A DNA stretch of 64,000 bases from Ascidiella aspersa (lineage: Eukaryota), in NCBI GenBank assembly GCA_963924565.1, contig OZ004612.1, forward strand, positions 26,288,001 to 26,352,000. The letters are read 5' to 3'. The stretch's first letter is position 1. The number at the start of each line of letters is the position of its first letter. Shown here in pieces: positions 24,435 through 36,400 of the stretch. Both the position numbers and the translations under genes were made by a program. Below the pieces are notes generated by a model. The model was not told the DNA's origin, did no database searches, and was given only the letters and a program-made list of their open reading frames with translations.

Positions 24435-27400
24435 CTACTCCAAGTCGAAGCAGGTCTTCATCTTTCGCGTGATCGTCTTGTAAACGTCTCGGTAGTTGTT
24501 GGGCGTGTTGCGCATGTTGTGGTCGTTATCGGCGGCAAACGAAGCGTCGTGGTCGACGTCGCTGGCGATGAGACGCGCGCTGAGACGAGCCGCGTTCTGG
24601 AAGTGAACGTTCTCATCGCTCGTACCATGAAGAATGGTGAATTTGTGCGACTTGAAGTTCTCCATCGAGTTTAGAGCGGAGCTGGCCTTGTAGTTTGGCT
24701 GCGACAAAACGGTAAACGTATTTAGATAAATAAGGTACAAATAAAACTAATTTTGTTTAAGGCAGAGTAAAACACGGGACCGGACTTTACTTAAACTTAT
24801 ATTTTGCGGACAAAACAAAAAACAAACAAAACGATGAACTTGCGTAAAGATGTAAAACTTAAAGTTTAAAACGTAGATTAAAATATAGGATAAAACTTTG
24901 CTTAAAAACATATATTTTGATTAAGTGGCATCACTAGTTTTGGTGGAGCAGTAATCTGCAGGAAAAACTGCTGTCAATGATTGGATTTGCTGACACGCCA
25001 CTTTGCATAAAGTCAAGGCACTTTATTAAGTTTATTAATTTACGCATAATTTTCAGCCAAGACAACCAATATAGAATTCATCTTTAACTTTTACAATCTT
25101 GGTGGTTTTAAAATAAAACGATAAAGCAAATTACCGTTTTGGAGGATGTCTATAGTTTCAATTGGGATTTTTTTTAGAAAGTATAAAGTTTTGTTGATAT
25201 CTTTTTTATTGAATTTAAAAAAAACTTGTCAACCTTATATAAGATCAAAATAAAAGGAATCTTTTACGGCACTTTTGAGCATACTATGCCGGGTAGCGAC
25301 TTTCTTTTTTAAAGTATTCAACATTTGCCAATTGTCTCCTTTTCAACTTGGCAAAGACTGGCGATATAATAGCATTCGTAGGTTGACATTTACCATGTTA
25401 TCGCTTGGTTTGAGCATGAAGCGTTCCGTGTAAATGGCGTGGTAGAAATGCCAGTCGGTGACAGGGGCCACTGCATATCCGCACTTGTAAATGTTCTCGC
25501 TGTCGGCCGCTATGGTTTTGGTTGTTGCATACCTGTGCAAAAAGTTTGAGAAAGGTGGCATGACTATACATACAACTAAGAATAACCAAAATCGACAAAC
25601 GCATCCGGAAAAACTAACTAATATCGGTCGGTTCATTCAAGATTAAAGTACACTTCAGCCAGGCTAAAAAAGTCACTATACCATGTGAGCTACACAGGCT
25701 CAGAGAGGAAAACGTCAAAAATCCTACAGAATTCGGTTAGAGTAACTGCAATCTTGTAAATTGAATGTCAATCAAAATATACAGTATACAAAGGCTAGAG
25801 GGATCGCACTAGAATCAAACGCGTGTCAGAGAGATTGTTCGTAGCAAATCCTTGTGTTCTTTGCCATCCGCAATATAGCACCCTTTTTTCAGGTTGAAAT
25901 TTTATAGGAAGGGTTTAATGTGTAAAAAGAGGTGCTTAATTCCATTGAAAATACAATTAAACGTCGGTCTTTTAACATTTAATCCAATCAGGCCCTAAGT
26001 GAATAATCGGTTTGCTGGCAAACAATTTGTTACGTTAGACCAGTGGTTCCCAAACTTTTTTATTCCGTGGCCTAATTTTTTTTACAAAACAGATCGTAGC
26101 CCATTGTTTTTTCCACCACTATTGATGACTAGTTTATATTGGTTGACAAAGGGTTTTTTTCAAATTTTACAAGGATTTTATTTGTTGATACTACTTGTCT
26201 AACAACAAACGGAGCTTTGATAAGTTTCCAGTCTGTTGAAGTTGAACAACTCGCACGCGCACAGTTTTCGCAGTCACAAGACGTTTTACTTATGCAAACA
26301 ACCATTTAGGAAAACAAAATGTATAATTGTAATGTTTTTAAATAGTTCTATAGCCCACTTAAAATGGTCTTATGGCCCACTACTGGGCCATGGCCTACAG
26401 TTTGGGAATCATTGCGTTAGAGTCTAGTAGCCTAGTTTCTTTCAACTTACCCGCCATATGACCAACCCCATATCGCCTTTCTAGAAGGGTCGATGAACGA
26501 GTTTTGTTCGGCCAAGATTCGAGCAGCCGCGATTTGGTCGAGCGGTTCAAACTCACCGAGACGTTTGTAAACCTTGAATGAAAAGTTAAATCAAGTATGA
26601 TTTGAAAATTGAAATGTGTTTTTTAAGTGTTTCCCCCTAAGTTTTCCCCACTGTTGGGAATGTTTACCTACTTTATCGAAAATGAATTCCATTTTGCATT
26701 CGATAAAGTTATTTTGTATTGACATCGACAATTTCAAATATGACTGCGTCTTTTTACAACTATTATATGCTTTGCCATTTGGTTTGTTGATATACCTTTT
26801 CGAAATACGGATGTTGGTTATAGAGGGGGTTGATATGACGTTGCAAAGTTACGTCTAACGTGAATTCCGAATTAAGCTCAGACATACCATAATTATCAAT
26901 TATAAAGGGGTTATTCTGACAAATATGCATTCAGTGCTTTGTCAAAAGAATCCCTTAATAATTGACACAATGCCTGGCAGCAACAGTATATTCATACCAT
27001 AACTATAGTTTATACTCGCGTGGAACTTAGCACATTTTTGCACAACAAATAATACAGTTTATTATCAACTGTTATCTAGCCCTTCTGAAGCCGCTTTTTG
27101 ACCAACTATCAAGGTTTACGTATAATTAGTACACCGGAAGCCATCGCAGACTCAACAAATCTGTCGGTCAATGATGCAAGCAGAGCAGACTAGAAAAACA
27201 ACTAGCTTGTAGTGAGGTTCGAGCTCACGACCACCGGTCAAGCCGGGACCGTCGCTCTACCAACTGAGCTACACAGGCATGGAGAGTCGAGAAACAACCA
27301 TACGCGATCAATGTTGCAAGCAAGGAAGGCTGGAAAAACTACCAGCCTGCAGTGAGGTTTGAACTCACGACCTACGGCCACAACGGTATATTCACACGTT

Positions 27401-30400
27401 GCCAGCTGACCTTTAATTTGGAATCATAAACAATCTCATGAAACTTTTTAGTTATATTCACATAATGCCAGCTATACTATTTAGCTACAAGTATCCTACA
27501 ATCACAAGTGCGTAAGTGTTGGATCACAGCAGAACCCCAAACTCACCATGTGCATTGTTTCGTCTCCCCTGAATCCCGTTCCTCTGCCGTCAAAACTGGT
27601 GACGATCACGCCGAGTGAGCTGGACACATAATCCTTCCAAGACACTGCAAACCTGTCGGTCACCTCCTGATAGCCGGGACCTTTGAAGTAAACGACCGCG
27701 GCATGTATACGCTTGAATTAAGCTAGCTTTGGAGTCGAGTTGCGTATGGTCAAAATCAGTGGTTGTATTGAATTAAGTCAATGATTTTAGGTAAATGCCT
27801 AATTCACTGTTTTCAAAAGACTTAACTTGACTTAAGTCAATTTGGTAAAATAACTTGAATTACGTTTTTGGACAATCACTTGATTTGGACTTCAATAAAT
27901 CGGCCTAGTTACTTAGATTGAAATTAAGTGTTTTTATTTACCATTTTATTATAAAACGAAGCCAATTATATCAAGCTTTGTAAATAAAACGGTTAGATTG
28001 CTACACGTTATGTATGTGGTAGTTTTATACTGAGTTTTGCTCATAATCGGATATGTTTAGCAGTTTTAGTGGTTTATTGTTTTATGTTAGTGATTTGACT
28101 TGGATATGTATTGTTCTAATACAGACTTGACTGAAACTTTAAGTCATTCCCAATAAGTTGTTAACAACACTGACCAAACTAAATCGGTTCGTCAATACAA
28201 CTCTCTCGAACTTAAAAATGGTAAAGTGTATTTGAGGGAAAAAACATTAAATCCAGCTGAACAGATATGTCGAGCGAAGCGTATTGTAGTTTTAGCTTGC
28301 GACCAGTATACAATATTCATAAGCTATATGAAAACCAAATAAAGCAAAGGTGGATTTAATGGTTTGCCTACTGGCTATCTGACAAACGTGTTTTGAATAT
28401 CTGAATTTAATAACTTTTCTCTTTCTGCTTAGCTCAGTATAACATTTTTTTTCTGTATCATAAAGCAAGACTTCAGTTTGCGTAGCCTTCTACTGATTGC
28501 TGCGTGTGCAGCACGTCCTTCACCCTAGGATAGTCCTTGTTACTGGGTCAGTAAGCCTGAAACTGTTCCCGCTATATTGAACTAAATTTATCGTTTTTTT
28601 ATTCATTTGTGCATAAAACAGGCCAAATGAATTATTGTTAGATCTGTCTTATAAAATGTTATTACAATGGACGTTCTACCTATCGTTTAATTGAAATGCC
28701 TTAATACTGTATTTCGGGTTTGGCTGATAACTAAGGCTTATCACACTTAGCCACAACAATATAGCGTAAACTTATGTACACGACGTGTTTTTTTTTTTTT
28801 AAGCATGATTAAGTTCTTGTAATCACCTAATATAAGTGAACGGACTAAAAACACCAGGACACGGTGACAATACAAATAGAAAGCATACATACTTTAGAAA
28901 CTGCCTATAAAAAAGTCTGGTATGCAGACTTATTCTGGCATGCGGGAGTAAGGAATTTAATCACTGGATATCAGTAGGAATGTCTGTTATACCGATCCAC
29001 AACTAAATAATTACTGTGCTCAAACAAGCAAATAGATGTATTGTAATGATGAAAGGTGTTTTTCCAGGTTATTAAGCCAAAAGTCGTTTTGGCTGTAAAA
29101 GTGATCTCCAGTTGTTAACCTACTGTTTTAGATAAAATTACCTTTCAATGTATAATTGCTGCATTAAATAAAAATCTTGGCTGAAATACAAATAGTTTGT
29201 AATTGGATCGGAGCCGATACAACCCTAGTATCGGTTCCAATCCGATAGTAGATTACTAACCTAACCAGAGGTGTGTATTACCAAGACTCTTTCTTCGCAA
29301 AAGCAAAACACATTGCTCACCTGAATATACTTGCACCATCATGGGGTACTTCTTGGTTGGGTCGAAGTTGGGTGGTTTATGCATCGTGTAGTACCAGTCC
29401 CCCTGCACGCCGGGTAGCTTAATCGTGCCGTACACTCGATCGCGGAAGTAGTATTCTGTTAATCATAATGTTTAGGGGTTTTGGAATTTAAAATACAGTC
29501 AAAAGTAGAGATATGTAATACTTGGCATCTTGTTTCGACATAGATACCTAATATTTGGACTAAACCAATATTCGATATTATAGAAATTTAGACTAAGCCT
29601 ATACCTGATATTTTACCAAAATTGATTAAAAAAACAAATTAGGTGAAATTGAAAAGTTTAAAGGTATTTTTTCAGGTCATTGGGCCAAAGTTGGCTTTAT
29701 AGCATTAATAAGTTTGGCCACATTAGGTTTTTGATTTCTGTTTATTCATTAAGTCCATTTTTACAGATAAAAACGGTTGGTTGAATCGCAAAGCATGGCT
29801 TGAATCCCTTTATTAATTAGGAATCTAATCGACATCATCCCAATTTCGGTAGACGACCAACACTACTACCTGGCATCCTGTATTTGTATTTGATACGATA
29901 ATATCAGACAACCTTTGATGAAAAGGCATGTAACTTAACTTGCTAAAATGGTTTAAAGAGAAACCCTGACAAACAATTGGAGTAGGTTTAAATTAAAACG
30001 TCAGTTGCCAAATAGTATATATATTTGTATTTAGCAGAGTACCTTCCAATTTGTTCTGAAGGTCCGTGTTGTTTTCAGCAATTCTCACAAATTGGTAATC
30101 TCCGACACTATCTTTCTTGTGCACCGTTGAAATGGGAACACCTGCAATAAACAAACACAATTATACAAGCAATACAACAAACAACACAAAAAGATAAATA
30201 TTTTAAAGCACCTAATAACTGTACTTTCGTTTTTACATAATAACATTATGTTGTTATATATAAATGTTATAGTGTGTTGATAAATTAGAAGTGAGCAAAT
30301 TTATTGGCATTGGGGCGCGGGAAATTTGTTTTTATATTTCGTCATTTTTGCTTTATAATATCGTATTTGCATAGCGATTTGACCTTTTTGAAAGCAACGC

Positions 30401-33400
30401 AACGGGTTAAAGTATTCGCCACTTTACTGGTCTTGATTTTTATCAATGTCTGTGAAAATTTAACTAGTCGGCCACAAACCTGTGAGGGTAAAGTTATCGG
30501 AGTAATACGGTATTTCCGCAAAGCTGTATCCTTACCATTGCCAGATCCATACCAGTTAACGATCAAGTAGTTTCCATTTTGGCTGAACGGATTAAAGCTT
30601 GAGTCGCTTTACTGGTGACCCGGACGTGATTTAAACTATTGCGTTAAAAAGTTCTGTATGTAAAGCTGTGGCCTTACCATTGCCAGTTCCACCACAGTTA
30701 ACGACCAAGTAACTTCCGCCCTTGCTGAACGACGGGTTCACCCAGTTGCAACGATCCGCGAAAATTTGATTCAGCTCACACGTGATACAGCTTCGCGTTA
30801 TGTCATCGCCATGAGCTGCATCATATGAAAAGTTGTCACATCAGTTTTTAGGCACTTTACTAGGTTGGTCTCAGCCAATTTAAAACGCTTTCGAGAATTA
30901 AGAGGGTTTCGTGACATCACGCTGGACTGTGTCATATGAAGCGGTTTCACATAAACTGTTTATCCATGAAACTACTTACATTAGTTATTTTAAGAGCTTT
31001 CAAACACGATACACATTTTCTAGTTTATGTAAGGCAAAGATTCGTAATCTTTTCTGGCCATACACCACTTATGGCGCTTATTGTTGTTTGGTACCAACTG
31101 GTTTAATAAAGTATTTTGCTTAATTTACCTATTTTTATTAAACTATAAAATGGAATTAAAAAACCTTGCTCTAAGCGATAGCTGTAGAGATGGTAGAATA
31201 TAATTCGAATCATTGGAGCAAAAAGAGAATATAACTTGATTAATATTCCAACAGTTAATTTTCCTAAACTCCTCATAACAATAAATTTAACCTTTCGCTC
31301 TCCATAGATGTCGAATCCTTGGCAGACCCTCTCCAGTGTTATTTGCCATCTCGGTGCTGGTGTAATAGACCCAGTCGAAAGTCGGATCGTAGTTGTGAAT
31401 AGAGTTGTAGCCTAAGCTGGTGTCGGTTACCTGTAAACATTTAATGTGTGGCAATATCTGTTTGTTTGTTTAATGGGTAATAATGTAGACACTAAATACA
31501 AGTCGATTTTTCTAGCAACAATAATACTATAGCCTTTGTATTACTGGACGTTTAAAACATGTAGGTTCCTCACACTCTGAAGTGGAAATGAAAATTCATG
31601 CTTTCATGTGCTTTGTTTATATATCCTCTACGGGCGTGAGTAACTTTCATTTCTTCTATAGATTTCTAACCCCTCATTCCAGAACGTATAAATTCCTTAA
31701 AGCTTTCACATTTTTTTGAAATAAAGTCAGTGTTTCTCCAACTATGGGACGCCGTTTACTTTCGTTGGGTCATCGACTACAGTAGTTAACGGGGTTAAAT
31801 GTGTTAAGATCGATCCAGTGTAAAAGATATTCAAAATTCGACAAAACGTTTAGAGAAATGGTTGATATTGCTTAAACTGCAATTGACTACTTGTTTTACA
31901 TTTTGTTGCCGTAGGTCACATGATTAGATTTATTGAGATCCACACCAAAATGTATTTAAATTTCGGGAAAATAGTAGGATAAATATGAAGACGTGGTCTA
32001 TAATAATTCAATTGTAATATATTAATGCTACACGTTTTGTTTACTTAAAAAAGTAAAAAAAGTGAATATAATACGGTAGTCATTGTTTAATTATGCATTG
32101 AATTTAGCTAGCCGCAAAAAAAGGTTGAAAAACTTTGCTTTGAAGTGTTAACAAACACGGACCTCGAAACTTCCGTTGGTTCGCCAATCGATGGCCATGG
32201 TGCCGGCGTCCATCCTGGCCAGGTGGGGGAATCCCGCGTTGCTTCTCACGGTGAAGTATTCGCTCTCGCTGTTTGATGGAAAGATGTGCGCCACTTTATA
32301 ATGGCCCACCCAACCGGTAGAGCTCAAATCCATCATGGCGTGGACTAAAAACAAAAAAAAATCTTGTTTAAAAAGGCGGATTTAATCTTTGAATGAACTA
32401 ATCCAATGCACGTCATTCTTTACGTATTCAAAAAAAAAATTGCGGCATGGTTTGTTACAATAGGGGTTCATAAAGTCATAATGAAAACCAGTAGTTTCCT
32501 TGGCTAATGCGTAAATACTATATGATGGTGTTCCCTGAATGCTGTTATGTGGCGTCCTAGAGGCCAAGGCCTAGAGGTTTTTCTGGTGAGTTGTGGATTT
32601 AAACAAAAATTAACCGAAACTAGGGATATCATCGAACGTTGCTTATTCATTCTTCAAAGTTAACAAAGTTGTATGCGGTCGATTAGGAAATTTAATACAC
32701 ATATATCTTACAATGAGAACAGGTGAAGTTAGGTGCCACACAGGTTTCAGACAGGGACTCGTTCTGAAGTCGACTTTTCCAAGTTGGAACGAAGGTGTTG
32801 TTGCTTATCCAAACCGCCGAGTTGAGGTAGTGGTCCGGCCACATCATTTCGATATGCTGGAAGTAAAGTTCCTTTTTGAAGAACAGGAGATAAAAATCGG
32901 CGAGAATAAAAGTGTCTCCAACCGCTTTAATCTCACCAAAAGATCCTAAGGGCTTCGCGGACCCAGTTTAAGATCCGCTAACTTATAAACTTGTAGTATT
33001 GCAATTACTCAAGTCATTGCCTTGACTTAACTTGAGTGCACTTAAGTCACAGTTTTTAAGTGACTTTTAAGTTTTAAGTGTTTTTATAATACTGTGGTGC
33101 TTCGACTCTCAGGAGTTCAACTTACGCCATGTGGGTCAACTCGCGTCGTGTTGGCATGTGTGACGTCAACAATGGTCAGATGGGTCTTGGGGACGGGGGT
33201 TCCCGCTTTGGGGTAAGGGATACTAACCGTCTTGGGGTATTGCAGTTTGCCGTACAGGGTAAACTCGAAAGGTTTAACGTCGGTTTCGTCGATTCTAAAT
33301 AAAAATTAATGTAGAAATTATTGGTATTATAGATAGCAGGATTAGGTCAACCGAATGCTTTCCCGTCTTAATGCTTTAGTATTCGGAGAAAAGTATTATA

Positions 33401-36400
33401 TGTGCATGGTCTAAGATTTTTAGTATTTGCGGCAAAATATTATTTGAGTATTGTTTTCGTTCCATTCACAGCATACCGGGATTTGGGATACAGTTTATTT
33501 AACACATTAACAACAACAGTTTTAAATCATAGCCTTTCAATCAAACACCCTCGCTGTTAAAGATCCCTTATCTCTGAATAATTTTTAGCGTGAAGCGATT
33601 TATTGCAATATTTTTGAACTCTACTTATTTTAAAACTAAAACGGGCCGCAGAAAAAAACTGTGTTTCGCAACATACCGCTTTAAATTATAGCTTCATAGC
33701 AGGCCTTGATAAAGTTAATTAAATGGACTGTAAATATCTCTAATATATTTAAAGTAATGTTCAACTCACTTGGAGATTGCGTTTTCCACTCGTTTCGAGT
33801 CAAAAACGTACAGTTTATAATGGATTCTGTGTGACATTGATTTGCGCCTCTAAAACTCATTGCGCAAACTCCAGCAAAGTGGCTCCCAGTTTATAGTTTT
33901 AGTGGATTTCAGTTTCATATTTGTTTAGTCGTTAAACAGCAGGTTTCTTAGGTCTACTTGTTTTATGACGTCAGACTATGGTCCACGCCAACCAAAAATA
34001 TTTTTTGTATGGTTCCGCGTTTAGAAGTTTAAAAACCCCTGGTTTACGGCATTAAAAGGACTAGTTTCGAGTCAAAAACGTACAGTTTATAATGGATTCT
34101 GTGTGACATTGATGTGGGCCTCCAAAACTCATTGCGCAAACGCCGGCAAAGTGGCTCCCAGTTTATTAAGCCCTGGTTCTATTGGTTTTATTCATTCTGT
34201 ACAAACTTACGTGGCAAATGCGAGGTACTGTCCGTCGGGTGACCACCACAGTAGAGCGTCGTCGTCAGTAATCTCAACCCAGAAAAGCCAGTCGGCGATT
34301 CCGTTAAATGTCATTCGTTCGTCACCGTCGTTAGTTATTCGTACCGGTGACGTCATAGGATTCTGCATACGAAGTAAACAGGAAATGACTTCTTAATATC
34401 TTATGGTGTATATAAGAGGTTCAAAACTGGGATTCCGCGGCACCCTGGGCTGCCATTTCTAATGCTCAAAGGTGCCGAGAAATATTTGAGAATCTTTCAG
34501 AATCTGATTTTTGCTCAACTCCTACAACTTTTTGAATAAGATTAGAGTGAATCAAATCCAATTATAACTTCGTACGTTGTGTGGAGTTGAGGTGTGTTGT
34601 TGAAGTTATGTTTATGGTTTGTTATTTTAGTGAATTACCCACGAAAAAATCCTGTAGGGGTGCAGTAATCTAATTATTATTTCTTAGGGGTGCCGCTAGA
34701 CATAAAAGACTGAAAAACACTGGTGCATAGTATAGGCCACCATCCAAGGCTATCAGCACTTGTACAACCCTGCTTGTAAATAAAGTTTAAATGGTGATTA
34801 AGGTTTTTTTTTAATTTTGATTGAACCAAACTTACCGCCGCTATGTAAACGTCAAATCCTAAGACGTAGGTAAAAGCATGGCCGACTGGAGACCACTTGA
34901 ACTTCTGGATTTTTTCTTCGGGGAAGTCGGTGAACTTAATTTCTGCTCTGTGAGTAGATAATTTTACGTCATACCAACACATGATATGGCTGTTAAAAGT
35001 GTTTGCCTATAGCATAACCAGTATGTTAGTTATTTTGCTTCAAATTTTTGTAACAAAATTTAATTAAATGACGTTATTAAGAAGAATGTTTTTCATTATG
35101 GTTTGAAATTATAGAATTGAGTTATTTTTTCAAAATATATTATTTCTATACATAAGCCTAAAGGCCTTAAAGTGTGACCGTTTGCAATAATCAAGTCAAA
35201 TTGGACTTCCCGTGTACGCCTAAAAACTGATTCATATCGATTTTACGCCGCAACGTTTTAAAATTACTTTTTTAGGCAACTTTCGAAACTAAATATTTAG
35301 AAAACGATAACGGCAGTTTCGTTTATAAATAGGCTATATTTTACACAAGTTGGTTGTACGATTGTAACTATATACTTTTATACAGTTGTGGACATGAATT
35401 GTACGCTATGTTTATATTAACTTTCATCGTGTTTTTTACAAATAATTCATCAAATATTTTCTCATATTTTCCACCAGACATTTATAACAAATTTCACCAT
35501 ATTTTAAATTACGTGATTTTTATTAAGTTACAACATGTTTATCACAATTTGCTTCACCTACCTTTAAGAAACATTTTACACTACATATTTATTATATATC
35601 AGCATGTTTTACGCAGGGCATTTAGTGTCAATTTTTTAAATTAGTTCTACAATTTAATTATTATTACCATTTAACATAATTTTACATTTTCATGACACTT
35701 ACTTCGTAACCATGTCGATGAACGCTATGGAAAAAGTTCTCACGTAATGTGCGTAGCCCTGCAAAAGCACATTTCCAATTGTTGTTTGTTAAATCTTATT
35801 TATAATACCTTAGTTGAATGTTACTCAACATAACCTAAGAAATTATACAGTAGGAGATACTTTCATCAAAGCCTGCAATATGCATTACTTAATTGCTTTT
35901 CGTATTTCAAGGAGCGTATGTAATTTTAAAGTAAAATTGCATACTCGTCTATTTTGAAGAGTTTATCGCTAATAATTTTCAAATTAATAATAATTTGACT
36001 AAATTTATCACTTGCAAAAATATGATTTGGCCAAAAATTATTTTTGAAATACGTTCAATGTTTTTTGTTTTATTTCGAACAGGGACTTTATTTTTGTTTT
36101 ATATTTTTATTTGTCCTTTGTCGCAATAATTCACTTAAACAACGAATAGGTTATTCGAAATACCTATTGCTGAATACTTACGTCAGTTTGGTTAAACTGT
36201 ATTGCCATGAACGTTTGATCGGCTGAAAGGCTCCAAGACATCTGGTTCGGGTAAGAATTCTGCAAAAAAGGAAAAGCTGTGCGCACCTGACATTTGGAAT
36301 GAACAAACAGTGTCTTTCAGAGGTTCTTAAACTGGGGTACATGTTTAAAATATTTAAGAACTCCTACTTTACGGCATTAAAAGCTTTTTAAATAAAAAGT

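Noticed and set aside
27204-27278. tRNA gene on the - strand
   Set aside because: A and B boxes are present, but the anticodon arm is non-canonical and the head is joined to a shared body in several diverged copies, which indicates a SINE.
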